The notes beneath the pieces were generated by a model. The model saw only the letters and a list, made by a program, of their open reading frames with translations. It was not told the DNA's origin and searched no databases. The position numbers and the translations under genes are program-made. A DNA stretch of 54,699 nt from a virus (lineage: Duplodnaviria; Heunggongvirae; Uroviricota; Caudoviricetes), in IMG/VR virus record IMGVR_UViG_2974665086_000001, positions 1-54,699 of that record; one strand, given 5' to 3'. This document shows positions 8,184 to 18,426 of the stretch, in pieces. The stretch's first letter is position 1. Each line of letters begins with the position of its first letter.

Positions 8184-9695
8184 TCACGTTCTGACATTTG
8201 CCTTAATTGTAGCAAAGTCTAGACGATTTGAAAAGTTACCGTCTACATAAACAGTTTGAAGATAGTTCTGACCCTGTTCGTCAAGCAGTTCCAGTTCTTC
8301 GGTAGAAAGCTGGTCCTCAAGAAAGAAGTCTTCCAGCACATCATCGAACAAAACTGCAACACGACCCTTGGCAGACTTCTTCGTACCATTATCCGTGATC
8401 GGGTCCTTAAAGATAGCGCGCTCTTCGCCATTGATAACAACGTTAGTTGCCTTCATAGCAAAACCAAACGTATCTCGTGTCACGTACTGGTATGTATACG
8501 AACCCACACCGAATACGACATTGCCGCTAGCAAATCCCTTATCAGCAAGACGACGGCAAATATCATCAGCACGCTCATAAGTAATGCTGTCGCCATAAAT
8601 AGCACCGATGTGTGGATCAAGTTCCTTAAATCCCGCATCGTTTACAGTTCCACCAAAAATATCCCATAGAAGTTCGATAACACCCTTGACGCGGTTAACG
8701 TCATTTCCTGCATTGTACTGAGCAAAGCTCTCGCTCGAAGTATTCAGACCACAAAGAATGTCTGCCGGATCGCCCGAGTCAGGACGGATAACAAGCTTGC
8801 CGTCTCGTGCCATAATCTTATCCTTAAGATTAGGCAGAATAACAGTCAGCACATTCCACAAGTCCCAGGTATCAGAAACAACAGATACGATTCCTGTGGG
8901 GTACAGATCAAGCAAGTGCTCGTAAGTAGCCTGTTCGTCTTCCGGTTCTGCACCGCCCGCACACATAACCGAGTGCTCGGTAGCAGCAACAGACAACAAC
9001 ACAGGTTCAGGAACCTGGCCCGAGTGATCGTAATAGTGCTTCTGAATAACGTCCTTGGCTACGATGCTGTCCGAACCGAGGAAGCTCAAAAGGTGAGCCG
9101 CGCCCGACGTGCCAGCAGACTCGATAGAGCTGAGTCCACGGAAGCTGAAATCGTGCAACTGGAAATCAACGACCGCTTCGGGTGTCCCTGTCTGGTCAGC
9201 CCAATCCAAAAGCAAATCACGCATACGCTTTGCCTGTGTTGCGCTTGTGCAGGGAAGCCATACAGCAGCACTAATAGCAGACTCGAAGTAATTCACAAGC
9301 CAGAAGAAACGTGGATCAGTATTCTCTACTGTGAACATAGGTACACGCAATGGGACGGAATACCCCTCTGGTACCGCCTTGAATTCGAGCGGAACATAAC
9401 CCAGCTCGTGCAGTTCACGAATGTGATCAGTGCCGATGTTATTCGGTCCTAGAATCTGATCTAGGTTTGTCTGGTACTCTTCACAGATTGCATCGATATC
9501 ACCCGCAAAGAACTTACGGAATGCTTCGTGAAACTGGTCCAAGAAAATCTGCAAACCAAAGAATACGACACTATCGATACCTTCAATACGCGAGGTACGC
9601 GGAGTAAAGTTAGATAGAATCTGCGTAGTACCCTCAGGATACTGCCTACGGTGATCGAACTTATATGCGTCGATCCAATTCATAATGTTAGTCAT
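8184..9695 (-). CDS. Nicotinamide phosphoribosyltransferase family (Nampt/NadV; likely Namat of NARP1)
   Basis: DAYKFDH, LHDFSFRG, AATEHSVM, SVVSDTWD, VIRPDSGDP, IYGDSIT, FKDPITD motifs. Confidence 0.92.
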   Translation of the reverse strand: MTNIMNWIDAYKFDHRRQYPEGTTQILSNFTPRTSRIEGIDSVVFFGLQIFLDQFHEAFRKFFAGDIDAICEEYQTNLDQILGPNNIGTDHIRELHELGYVPLEFKAVPEGYSVPLRVPMFTVENTDPRFFWLVNYFESAISAAVWLPCTSATQAKRMRDLLLDWADQTGTPEAVVDFQLHDFSFRGLSSIESAGTSGAAHLLSFLGSDSIVAKDVIQKHYYDHSGQVPEPVLLSVAATEHSVMCAGGAEPEDEQATYEHLLDLYPTGIVSVVSDTWDLWNVLTVILPNLKDKIMARDGKLVIRPDSGDPADILCGLNTSSESFAQYNAGNDVNRVKGVIELLWDIFGGTVNDAGFKELDPHIGAIYGDSITYERADDICRRLADKGFASGNVVFGVGSYTYQYVTRDTFGFAMKATNVVINGEERAIFKDPITDNGTKKSAKGRVAVLFDDVLEDFFLEDQLSTEELELLDEQGQNYLQTVYVDGNFSNRLDFATIKANVRT

Positions 9696-9705
9696 GTATT
9701 TCTTT

Positions 9706-10551
9706 CTATACTAGTTTGAGTAGTTCGGATACCGCGTCTAGATACTTCACGCCGCCCTCTCGCGGCCTATCTAGGCTGTCGGTTGTATAAATGTTATAGA
9801 ACCTGGTAAACAAATCACCAACACCCTTTGAGAAGATGCCGTGAGAAACAAACAGGTCCAACTTTACGTTCGGGAACTTGGCATGAATTGCGTCAGCCAA
9901 ACCGTTAAAGGTGCCGCCACCATCGCAGATATCGTCTCCGATAAGATAACGCTTGCCGTCAACAATACCAACCGGAACAAAGAAGTCAGACAGCTCGCCC
10001 GTTTCAAAGTTACGTGTCTTTTCTGCATATAGCAGGTTCGCATTATCATAGTCAAGAACGTCTGCAATTCCACTTGCGCGTGAGCGCGAGCCAGCATCAG
10101 GAGCGATTACACCGTCATACTTCGGAAACAGGTCCAGATTTTTTCTAATGATTGCGCGGGGAGCAACAGCCTTAATTGCTTTCCTCTGAGCTTCCAGCCG
10201 CTCTACCATGTACTGACTATGAGGATCAAGAACCGTAATCGATTCTACATTAGCCAGTCGGATCATATCGGCATAAATATTAGCACCAGTAGGAGTACCA
10301 CGATCAGCCCTAGCAGCAGGCAGATAAGGAATAACAGCATGGGCGTGACCTCCTAGCTTTGTTACTGCACTTGCCCACAAAGCTAGCTTTACATAATCGT
10401 TAGGATCAGAACCGCGTACTACTGCGATTTCCTTGCCAGTAAAGTAGCCTCTTTCGATCTTCATATCCCATTCGCCACCAGGAAACTGAAAGAACGGAGG
10501 TATGTCGTGCTTTATGGCCTTACCATTAAAGCTTGTATAAATATCAATCAC
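9706..10551 (-). CDS. Ribose-phosphate pyrophosphokinase-like protein (likely Adps of NARP1)
   Basis: FPGGE, IPYLPAARADR, LDPHS, APDAGS, DDICDGGGTF, VSHGIFS. Confidence 0.9.
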   Translation of the reverse strand: MIDIYTSFNGKAIKHDIPPFFQFPGGEWDMKIERGYFTGKEIAVVRGSDPNDYVKLALWASAVTKLGGHAHAVIPYLPAARADRGTPTGANIYADMIRLANVESITVLDPHSQYMVERLEAQRKAIKAVAPRAIIRKNLDLFPKYDGVIAPDAGSRSRASGIADVLDYDNANLLYAEKTRNFETGELSDFFVPVGIVDGKRYLIGDDICDGGGTFNGLADAIHAKFPNVKLDLFVSHGIFSKGVGDLFTRFYNIYTTDSLDRPREGGVKYLDAVSELLKLV

Positions 10552-11089
10552 TTTTTAATTGTCCTTTAGCTAGATGGTCATTTTCGCACATGACCTTGAA
10601 GTACATGTTAGCTTGCGTGTGATAGATGCAAAGACCTTCTGGACGCATATAGCCGGGGACCATCTGACTACCCTTTTCGTTCAGGTCAATCATAGTCATC
10701 AAGACGGCGGTACTTGTGAAACGTCCCGACCAGAGCAAAGGCACACAGCCCAGATTCTCGGTATTGAATTCTGCTTTATCCCAGCGATGGGTATTAAACA
10801 GGGCGAATCTATTATGATCTAGATCGTAGCCACGCCCGATCTTTTTACCATACCACTCGCCGCGATGCAGTCCTACACCTAAATCTTCAATTAAGCTTTC
10901 TTTGTTATCATAAGCCCAATCACGCAGACCGTGAAAGTCACGACCCTTGTCTATCCACTGTGTACGAGTACCAACGTTAAAGCTGCCGTCTTCACCGATA
11001 CCGATCACAGCATTACCACCGTCAATCTTTTCGGTGATAGTGATTTCTCGGAAAAGACGCGGCATCTTCTCCATCGATACAAATTCCAT
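10544..11089 (-). CDS. RNA ligase (Rnl2-like nucleotidyltransferase domain)
   Basis: ITEKIDGGN (motif I KxDG), RGEWYG (motif III), FALF, PEGLCI, FKV. Confidence 0.75.
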   Translation of the reverse strand: MEFVSMEKMPRLFREITITEKIDGGNAVIGIGEDGSFNVGTRTQWIDKGRDFHGLRDWAYDNKESLIEDLGVGLHRGEWYGKKIGRGYDLDHNRFALFNTHRWDKAEFNTENLGCVPLLWSGRFTSTAVLMTMIDLNEKGSQMVPGYMRPEGLCIYHTQANMYFKVMCENDHLAKGQLKSD

Positions 11090-11265
11090 TATTCCTCTAG
11101 TCTATCAATTACTTTTTCAATGGCCGTAATAGTACGGCTTGGCTTTAGGGGTTCTGTATACCATCCCCGCCAGAGTGCAATGCGATGCATCAGATAATTC
11201 AATCCGAATCCCATAGCAAAGCACACTGCGAGAAATGCTAGCAGACCCAGTAGATTATATATCAT
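11089..11265 (-). CDS. 58-aa membrane protein
   Basis: Hand translation MIYNLLGLLAFLAVCFAMGFGLNYLMHR...; fills the gap between neighbours. Confidence 0.55.
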   Translation of the reverse strand: MIYNLLGLLAFLAVCFAMGFGLNYLMHRIALWRGWYTEPLKPSRTITAIEKVIDRLEE

Positions 11266-11458
11266 TCTTCATTTCGTCTACTAGTTCGCGGGCGCGGGCG
11301 ACTGGTTCCCAGTCTTGGAACATAAACATATTTAGATCGTTGTGGACCATGTTAACCGTTGCAGCAGCTTCTTCATCCATACTACGCAACTGCATCATCT
11401 GAACGTCAAGAATCTGTTGCAGCAAGGTAGTTAAAACGCCCATCTGCTCGTTATTCAT
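11255..11458 (-). CDS. Hypothetical protein, 67 aa
   Basis: Operon packing. Confidence 0.65.
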   Translation of the reverse strand: MNNEQMGVLTTLLQQILDVQMMQLRSMDEEAAATVNMVHNDLNMFMFQDWEPVARARELVDEMKNDI

Positions 11459-11657
11459 CTTCTTTGAACCGTTCCTGTTCTGTAATCCACACGCCAGACT
11501 TACCGATAATAAGTCCTACGGTTTCGGGATCGACGCACTTACCATAAAGACGATGCTTATCGAAGTTACGGATATTGCTAAAGACTTCTGCGCAAGCTTT
11601 TCGAGGGCACTCGCACCTTGGGGAGTTTACCAAGATTGTGCCTGTAGATTTTGGCAT
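11451..11657 (-). CDS. Small putative Zn-binding protein (FDxHR type)
   Basis: CECPRKAC...F...NFDKHR...C. Confidence 0.6.
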   Translation of the reverse strand: MPKSTGTILVNSPRCECPRKACAEVFSNIRNFDKHRLYGKCVDPETVGLIIGKSGVWITEQERFKEDE

Positions 11658-11791
11658 TAAGTTTCTTTCGGGTTGGTGTAATAATGTGGGATCGGTTGGT
11701 TAACCACACGACCATCGGGCCTAAATCAGGTTCCCAGTATTCATCTTCGTCTTCATATGGTTCGTCATCCATACCTACTATTATACACGGT

Positions 11792-12073
11792 TTAAGATAA
11801 GTATTCGCTACGCTCGTCAACATGTGGATCAAAGAACATTAGATTTCCTATGCTCTTATACCAACTACCGTTAGCTTGCTTGTAGTCTAGCCTATGTGAC
11901 TCCCAAGGATGCTGAGTTTCAGGAGCTAGAAAATGGCCGGGAGGCAGGTTATGTATGTTGACCAATTGGATTGTTCGTTCAACACTGCGACGGTTTGGAT
12001 ACTTAAGCATATAGAAACCGGTATCCCGCCTATGCTTAATCTCGCGAGTATAATTCTGTCTGTGCTCTGCCAT
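11792..12073 (-). CDS. Hypothetical protein, 93 aa
   Basis: Start overlaps the stop of the SpoU gene. Confidence 0.65.
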   Translation of the reverse strand: MAEHRQNYTREIKHRRDTGFYMLKYPNRRSVERTIQLVNIHNLPPGHFLAPETQHPWESHRLDYKQANGSWYKSIGNLMFFDPHVDERSEYLS

Positions 12074-12648
12074 TACTTCCCCGTCTTTACGTTGTAATCG
12101 TACAGAAAGGTTGTTGCAGCACTCGCCAGATTAAGACTACGCACACTACCATGCATCGGGATATAGACAATCTCATCTACATCATTCAATATCTCTTGGG
12201 GAAGACTACGACCTTCTTCACCGAAGATCACAGCAGACTTTACCGGCCAAGGAAAGTGCGGTAGTGCGGTCATCACGTATCGTGCGTCATATTCAGCGGC
12301 GACGATAGTGTAACCCAGCTTGCGCAAACTTGCAAACAAATCGAGAACACCTTGTTCCCAATATTCGATTTTGGTGTAGTTATTGGCCCCTACTGCGCCA
12401 CGTCGGTTATACGAACGGCGTCCAGTAAAGATAATACGATCCGCGTTGAAGCTATTAACTGAGCGTACTACAGAACCCCAGTTAAAATCTTTGATTTCGT
12501 TTGATGCGATCACAATAAGGTCCGAGCTGCGGGCCGACAGAATGGACTTAACCTCTTCTGTCGGCACCGTCTTAAACTCGTCCGCTACATTGCGAGAATC
12601 AAAGTAATCCGTTTCACGGAGTTCTTTTTGTTTCTCTATGGGTAGCAA
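12073..12648 (-). CDS. SpoU/TrmH-family (SPOUT) RNA 2'-O-methyltransferase
   Basis: NWGSVVRS (motif 1), IFGEEGRSL (motif 2), IPMHGSVRSLNLASA (motif 3). Confidence 0.85.
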   Translation of the reverse strand: MLPIEKQKELRETDYFDSRNVADEFKTVPTEEVKSILSARSSDLIVIASNEIKDFNWGSVVRSVNSFNADRIIFTGRRSYNRRGAVGANNYTKIEYWEQGVLDLFASLRKLGYTIVAAEYDARYVMTALPHFPWPVKSAVIFGEEGRSLPQEILNDVDEIVYIPMHGSVRSLNLASAATTFLYDYNVKTGK

Positions 12649-12796
12649 GTCGCTCGTCCATCTTCCATATTAGGGCTACAAACGCGAGTGAGTAGACAAC
12701 AAAGATAAGTGCTAGCACTGGTGACAGTGTAAGCCCAGCGAAGAATGCGAGAATCATTCCAACTATAACGCCGGGATAATAAATAGTGTTAGGCAT
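12614..12796 (-). CDS. Small two-TM membrane protein
   Basis: Hydrophobic composition. Confidence 0.6.
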   Translation of the reverse strand: MPNTIYYPGVIVGMILAFFAGLTLSPVLALIFVVYSLAFVALIWKMDERLATHRETKRTP

Positions 12797-12947
12797 TGAG
12801 ATGGTTCTTAGGCTTTGTCAGATAAACTCCGAGGCCCGCAAGTGCAGCAATCAGCACTCCGAACAAAAAGCTTCCGACGAAAGCATTCAAAACCGCGAGC
12901 ACAAGTACAGCCCAGAGAATGCCTACGATAATCTTATTGTTTTCCAT
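12789..12947 (-). CDS. 52-aa two-TM membrane protein
   Basis: Hand translation MENNKIIVGILWAVLVLAVLNAFVGSFLFGVLIAALAGLGVYL... Confidence 0.55.
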   Translation of the reverse strand: MENNKIIVGILWAVLVLAVLNAFVGSFLFGVLIAALAGLGVYLTKPKNHLNA

Positions 12948-13098
12948 ATTCTTCAATCCAATCTAGGTCAGTGATAAATACTACAAGCAGAAGGCTTGCA
13001 GCAACCCAAGCAACAGTGCTTGTGTAAACCGTCATACCGAGTACGCTACCCAGTATTGCAAACAAAATCAGGTAGTCAACTAGCTTCTTTAATCGCAT
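12934..13098 (-). CDS. 54-aa two-TM membrane protein
   Basis: Hand translation MRLKKLVDYLILFAILGSVLGMTVYTSTVAWVAASLLLVVFIT... Confidence 0.5.
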   Translation of the reverse strand: MRLKKLVDYLILFAILGSVLGMTVYTSTVAWVAASLLLVVFITDLDWIEEYGKQ

Positions 13099-13342
13099 TT
13101 TCTAGCTTCTCACTTGACTCTTCTAGTTGCTTCCGGGTTTGAGTGACTTCCCGCCAAGCTTCTGCCTTAACTGTTCGCAGAAATAGCTTGAAGTCTTCCA
13201 TGCTGAGCGTTCCGAATGCTTCTGTAATTGCATCAGCAAGCATAGCAGACGAAATAGCACGCTCCGAAGCACCGTAATGCTTCATTTGTATACTGAACAG
13301 CTCAGATGCTAGTTCAGCTTCTTCCTTTTTCATTAATCGCAA
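13076..13342 (-). CDS. Hypothetical helical protein
   Basis: ORF track; start probably at the internal ATG (MKKEE). Confidence 0.6.
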   Translation of the reverse strand: MRLMKKEEAELASELFSIQMKHYGASERAISSAMLADAITEAFGTLSMEDFKLFLRTVKAEAWREVTQTRKQLEESSEKLENAIKEAS

Positions 13343-13526
13343 TCTCTTTCAGATGCTTCGACATACAATTCAGGTTCTAATTCCATCATCAAGAAAACCA
13401 CCGCTTCTTAGGTCGTTGAGGATAGCGTACGCGAGAGGAATTGCGACATATTTGTTATCTATGTTCAATCTAGCTCTAACAATGCCAGCAGCTTCGTCCC
13501 ACGGACTTAGTTTCTTTGTATTATTT

Positions 13527-13715
13527 TTATTGGCAGTCACAAATGCCACTCAAGCTCATCTGAATACTGCAATTGGGGCAACGCTTACCCTGTCGAGGAA
13601 CAGGCTTGGGCTGTCGCGGGGGAAAACCACCCGACTTACTAGTAGAAGTCATAGACACAGGCTGTGCACGATTAAACATTTCAGAGATACGAACCATGCT
13701 CTGACGATTTTCCAT
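13527..13715 (-). CDS. Small Zn-ribbon protein
   Basis: C-terminal CPNC...CDC; AAGG RBS. Confidence 0.6.
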   Translation of the reverse strand: MENRQSMVRISEMFNRAQPVSMTSTSKSGGFPPRQPKPVPRQGKRCPNCSIQMSLSGICDCQ

Positions 13716-13760
13716 TTAAGGTTTCTCCTCGAATTCGTTTGTTGCTTTGTTCTGTCTACG

Positions 13761-13789
13761 ACTCTACTAGCTCGTCTTCGGTCTGTCAA
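13761..13789 (-). promoter_or_regulatory. SigA-type leftward promoter
   Basis: TTGACA-17 bp-TAGAGT on the minus strand. Confidence 0.6.
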
Positions 13790-13825
13790 CACCAGATTAT
13801 TTTGATCAAAATTAGATCAAAGTTT

Positions 13826-14842
13826 CTAGATGCTGGTCTTCCACTGCTCTACAGCATACTTTGAAGCTGTCCACTTGCTGATCATTAGGTGTAATGACTG
13901 GCTGGTGCTGTCGGGATGCACGAACCCGCCGTAGATCGAGCTTGCAGAAGTGTTCGGTAGCAGAGTGCGATGATTCCAAGCTGATGTAACTGTGGGTGCA
14001 TCGTACAACGAGAGTCTATCATTCGCTGCGTCGATTACGCTAATAACCCAACGTCCATCTTTTAGCTTACGCAAACTTGGTTCGCCAAATCTACCAGCTA
14101 GAATGGGATGGAAGAACCAGTTGTAGTTCTTAGTCCACTGCCAAGTGCCGTTCCACGTCCAGTGCTCGTAAGCGAACGGGTCGAACATCTTGTCCCAAGG
14201 AACTCTACGCAAGTACAGTCCGTCTGTCAAGTGGCGTCCGTTCGAGGTAGAAAGAAGGTAAACCCAATTTCCTTCACGCTGCATAGATACCATTTGCAGA
14301 ATATCTGTACCGGCCCAGTTGTTATTCCAGTTCCAGTTCAGCTTTGTAAAATCGTTTCCGTTATCTGAATACGCAAAGCCAGTGTGATTGGTACGCCAGG
14401 TACCGTTATCCCAGTTTCGCACAGACATATAACTTACGATCTGACGCCCGGTCTCTGGAAAACTAATTCCATCGTTCGGGATAATAGTAAACTCACCATT
14501 GCCACTCGTATTATGAGCATTGGCGATGATTTCTGGTGCCATTCCAGTGCCAGCAAGCTTATAAGCTGAATCAAAAACGATTCCGTTCTCAATCGGCTCG
14601 TGACTACGCAATGCTACTGGACTACGCCAGTTAGGTCCACCCGGCATCGGTGAACTAAACGTATCACCAAACAAATAACCGGTTGAAAACCCGTTTTCCA
14701 GGGTAAAAGGAATACCTAAGTCGGTTCCTCCCACTCCGTATTGTGTTACAGGAGTTAAGTCCTTAACCTTTTGCATGTTATATCGTACCTTTCTGTTAAC
14801 ATTTGTCAACCAGTCCAGTATATCAGTAAAAGGGTTTGTCAT
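13826..14842 (-). CDS. DUF4185-family five-bladed beta-propeller, putative endo-D-arabinanase (GH183-like)
   Basis: GGTDLGIP, YLFGDTF, WRSPVALRS, IPNDGI, YGGFVHP motifs; probable start 14776. Confidence 0.75.
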   Translation of the reverse strand: MTNPFTDILDWLTNVNRKVRYNMQKVKDLTPVTQYGVGGTDLGIPFTLENGFSTGYLFGDTFSSPMPGGPNWRSPVALRSHEPIENGIVFDSAYKLAGTGMAPEIIANAHNTSGNGEFTIIPNDGISFPETGRQIVSYMSVRNWDNGTWRTNHTGFAYSDNGNDFTKLNWNWNNNWAGTDILQMVSMQREGNWVYLLSTSNGRHLTDGLYLRRVPWDKMFDPFAYEHWTWNGTWQWTKNYNWFFHPILAGRFGEPSLRKLKDGRWVISVIDAANDRLSLYDAPTVTSAWNHRTLLPNTSASSIYGGFVHPDSTSQSLHLMISKWTASKYAVEQWKTSI

Positions 14843-15743
14843 TTAGATTCCAATCTTTGGTAATCCACTCGCGGTAGCGCGGTTCGAGTCTAGTCAGCCA
14901 CTCTTCGGGCCAAATATCTCCGTGAAACGCACCTATAAAACCACCAGTGATAGCACCAATTGTATCAGAATCGCCACCTGTAATAACGGACCACTGCAAT
15001 TGACTTATAGGCTTGCGTGGAAGACTCAGCGCAAGCAAAGCAATAGCTAGAGCCTCTTCTACAACCCAACCGTCACCAATATACTTACAAGGATCAGCAA
15101 AGAACGGGTCGTGAACAAACTTAGGTCTCACTCCGATAGCATTCTGCAACGCTTTTCTTAAGTCGTCACATGCAGTACCTTGTTTAAGCTCGTAGTCCAG
15201 AGCAAAATTCAGTGCATCTTCCGGTTTCAGTGAACCATTTTCTGCCTTGATGAGAATCATCGTAGCAAGTTCCATGCAGCGGACTACAGTCATATGTTGA
15301 TGTGTTAAGACGCTCTGCGCATTAGCTACAAATGTCGATGACACTCCGCTTTTGATATAGGCGCTAGGCCAGAACCGCATGAGGGAACCGTTACCCTTTG
15401 AGTTATTCCAAGTTAGATTCTCGGAATAATGACCGTTCTCAATAAGGTGTTCTACGGACTTCATGCAGGTCTGACCCGGCGACCTATTGTTATCTGGATC
15501 GTGATACCACTTGATGAAAGCCTCTTCGATGTTATGCACCATCTTATTGAATGGCAGGTCTTCGGCCTTTTCCAATGCCTCGGCCAAGTACAAAGTCATC
15601 TGAGTGTCATCTGTTACAAATAGCTCGGGCGCGGGTCCATAGGGAAACCCGTTAGTAAAGATTTCCTCATACGACATAAACTCGTGAGGATCACCCCACG
15701 AATCTCCGTAGGCTACACCCTTTAGTACCCCGATCCAACTCAT
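14823..15743 (-). CDS. ADP-ribosylglycohydrolase (DraG/ARH family)
   Basis: GVAYGDSWG, TDDTQM, GNGSLMR, GGDSDTIGAITG. Confidence 0.9.
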   Translation of the reverse strand: MSWIGVLKGVAYGDSWGDPHEFMSYEEIFTNGFPYGPAPELFVTDDTQMTLYLAEALEKAEDLPFNKMVHNIEEAFIKWYHDPDNNRSPGQTCMKSVEHLIENGHYSENLTWNNSKGNGSLMRFWPSAYIKSGVSSTFVANAQSVLTHQHMTVVRCMELATMILIKAENGSLKPEDALNFALDYELKQGTACDDLRKALQNAIGVRPKFVHDPFFADPCKYIGDGWVVEEALAIALLALSLPRKPISQLQWSVITGGDSDTIGAITGGFIGAFHGDIWPEEWLTRLEPRYREWITKDWNLNDKPFY

Positions 15744-16443
15744 GGCGCTACTCGTCCATTCTTCTGCCAGGCAGCATAAGTTATTGGCATTTTCTTTTCA
15801 AATGCCGCTTCCATCTTCGATGCTACGTCGTTGATTTCGAACTGTGGGTTCGATGGGAACGTGGCGTTTTCGTGCTTGGTGCGCAGTCCCAGGAAATGCA
15901 TCAGGCTACGTGCGTTGCAGGTTGCGTAGAAGCTTGTCATTAAGTTCAAAGGTAAAGTTTCACGAGCAACTTCCTTTGCAATTCCTCGCTGGATACGAGC
16001 TGCGTAGCGATCATAAAGATACTGAGAGTCCTCTCTCATTTCCTGTTGAAGTGCTGCTACATCTTCTGGATCACCGGGACTAAAGATATAATGTCCAGGC
16101 TTACCAGTTTGAACCAAGTTTCTATCATCAGGAATGATATAGAAATGTGGCTTCATTTCTGAGTAACGACCTGATTCTTCGTTATACGACCAACCAACGC
16201 GGTGACGATGGAATTCTGATCTAACAAACAATGGAGTCTTAACAAAGAACGTAAAGCTACCGTGCTCGAATGGGGAACCGTGGCGGTCACGCATAAGATA
16301 ATTGATCAAACCTGCCATTCGTGACGGGTCATAATCCAAAGCGTCTTCACCGAGAGTAGAAACCCATGCAGCACGCGCTACGTCTTCATCTGTGGAATTT
16401 GTCTTAATCAGATAAACTTCTGATTCATTAAAAAATTGTACTG

Positions 16444-16447
<4 letters not shown>
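15740..16447 (-). CDS. thyX: Flavin-dependent thymidylate synthase
   Basis: RHGSPFEH, RHRVGWSYNEESGRY, NARSLMHFLGLR. Confidence 0.95.
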
Positions 16448-17441
<994 letters not shown>

Positions 17442-17504
17442 CTACATATTCGTAGTGACCTTCGTACAGCGCATCTAGATTAAGCGAGGTTTCTTCATCA
17501 TCAC

Positions 17505-17693
17505 TCATGGTCTACTACCCTTTGTGTAGAGTATATCTAGAATGTCTTGTCTTAAATCTCTTTGTTCATCATTTAGAGCTTCCGTTCCAAGCAGAGCTAG
17601 AATATTCTCTAGCTCTGCCACGGAATAGCCCAGTAGGCTATGATTCATAGTTTTCCTATGGTCTAAGGACCAGCATCCAGTCTTCGTGCTCAC
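17505..17693 (-). CDS. Hypothetical protein
   Basis: Probable start at the internal MNHSLL. Confidence 0.5.
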   Translation of the reverse strand: MSTKTGCWSLDHRKTMNHSLLGYSVAELENILALLGTEALNDEQRDLRQDILDILYTKGSRP

Positions 17694-18426
17694 GCTGCTT
17701 TAGCATTTCAGGGGACGTGATCTTTGCTTCCGAACCGTTATGCAAAACATAAGAGACATTTGTGTACTTGTCAAATATGTCGTTTGCAAACTTCATGGGA
17801 TCAGCATATCTATCCCACCTGAATTCAATGAGCACCAGCGGATGCTTTTTAGCAGAAAGGATATCGAATACATCGATTTCCCCGCCTTCGATATCAATCT
17901 TGATAAAGTCAAAAGCCTTTAGGTTATCAACCGTCTTGACCTTAATCTTATCTTCTCCATCGGGAGAGTAGACGCTCGAATGCAGACTGCCGTTCATAGG
18001 ATGGTGTCTCGGAACGATAAATTCCAATTCATCTACAACGTTGCTTACTGCCTTTTGGTGCAGCACAACATTAATATCAGAATCGAGTCTGTTCTTAGCC
18101 AGAGACTTTTTCAACAGTTTGAAAACTGCCGGGTTTGGCTCATAGGCAGTGACAGCACAACCGATGCTAGCCAACTGGAAGGTATAGAAACCAACGTTAG
18201 CACCTAGATCGGCAACCGACCAATTTGGTTCTACATTGTTGTTAACCCAAGTCATAATCCAAGGTTCCCAATATCCATCACGGATATGTGGGCTTAGACC
18301 ATTGTCAGACTTATTGATCGCAACCCAGTATTCCCCAAGGACTCGGGAGAACCAAAAGTCTCCTTCGTCCTCCACTAGAGCACTGGTTCTACCAATGTTC
18401 TCTAGCGCGTCTCTGCTAAGCGTCAC
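17656..18426 (-). CDS. FkbM-family SAM-dependent methyltransferase
   Basis: DLGANVGFYT, AYEPNP, AVSN, IKIDIEGGE. Confidence 0.85.
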   Translation of the reverse strand: MTLSRDALENIGRTSALVEDEGDFWFSRVLGEYWVAINKSDNGLSPHIRDGYWEPWIMTWVNNNVEPNWSVADLGANVGFYTFQLASIGCAVTAYEPNPAVFKLLKKSLAKNRLDSDINVVLHQKAVSNVVDELEFIVPRHHPMNGSLHSSVYSPDGEDKIKVKTVDNLKAFDFIKIDIEGGEIDVFDILSAKKHPLVLIEFRWDRYADPMKFANDIFDKYTNVSYVLHNGSEAKITSPEMLKQREHEDWMLVLRP

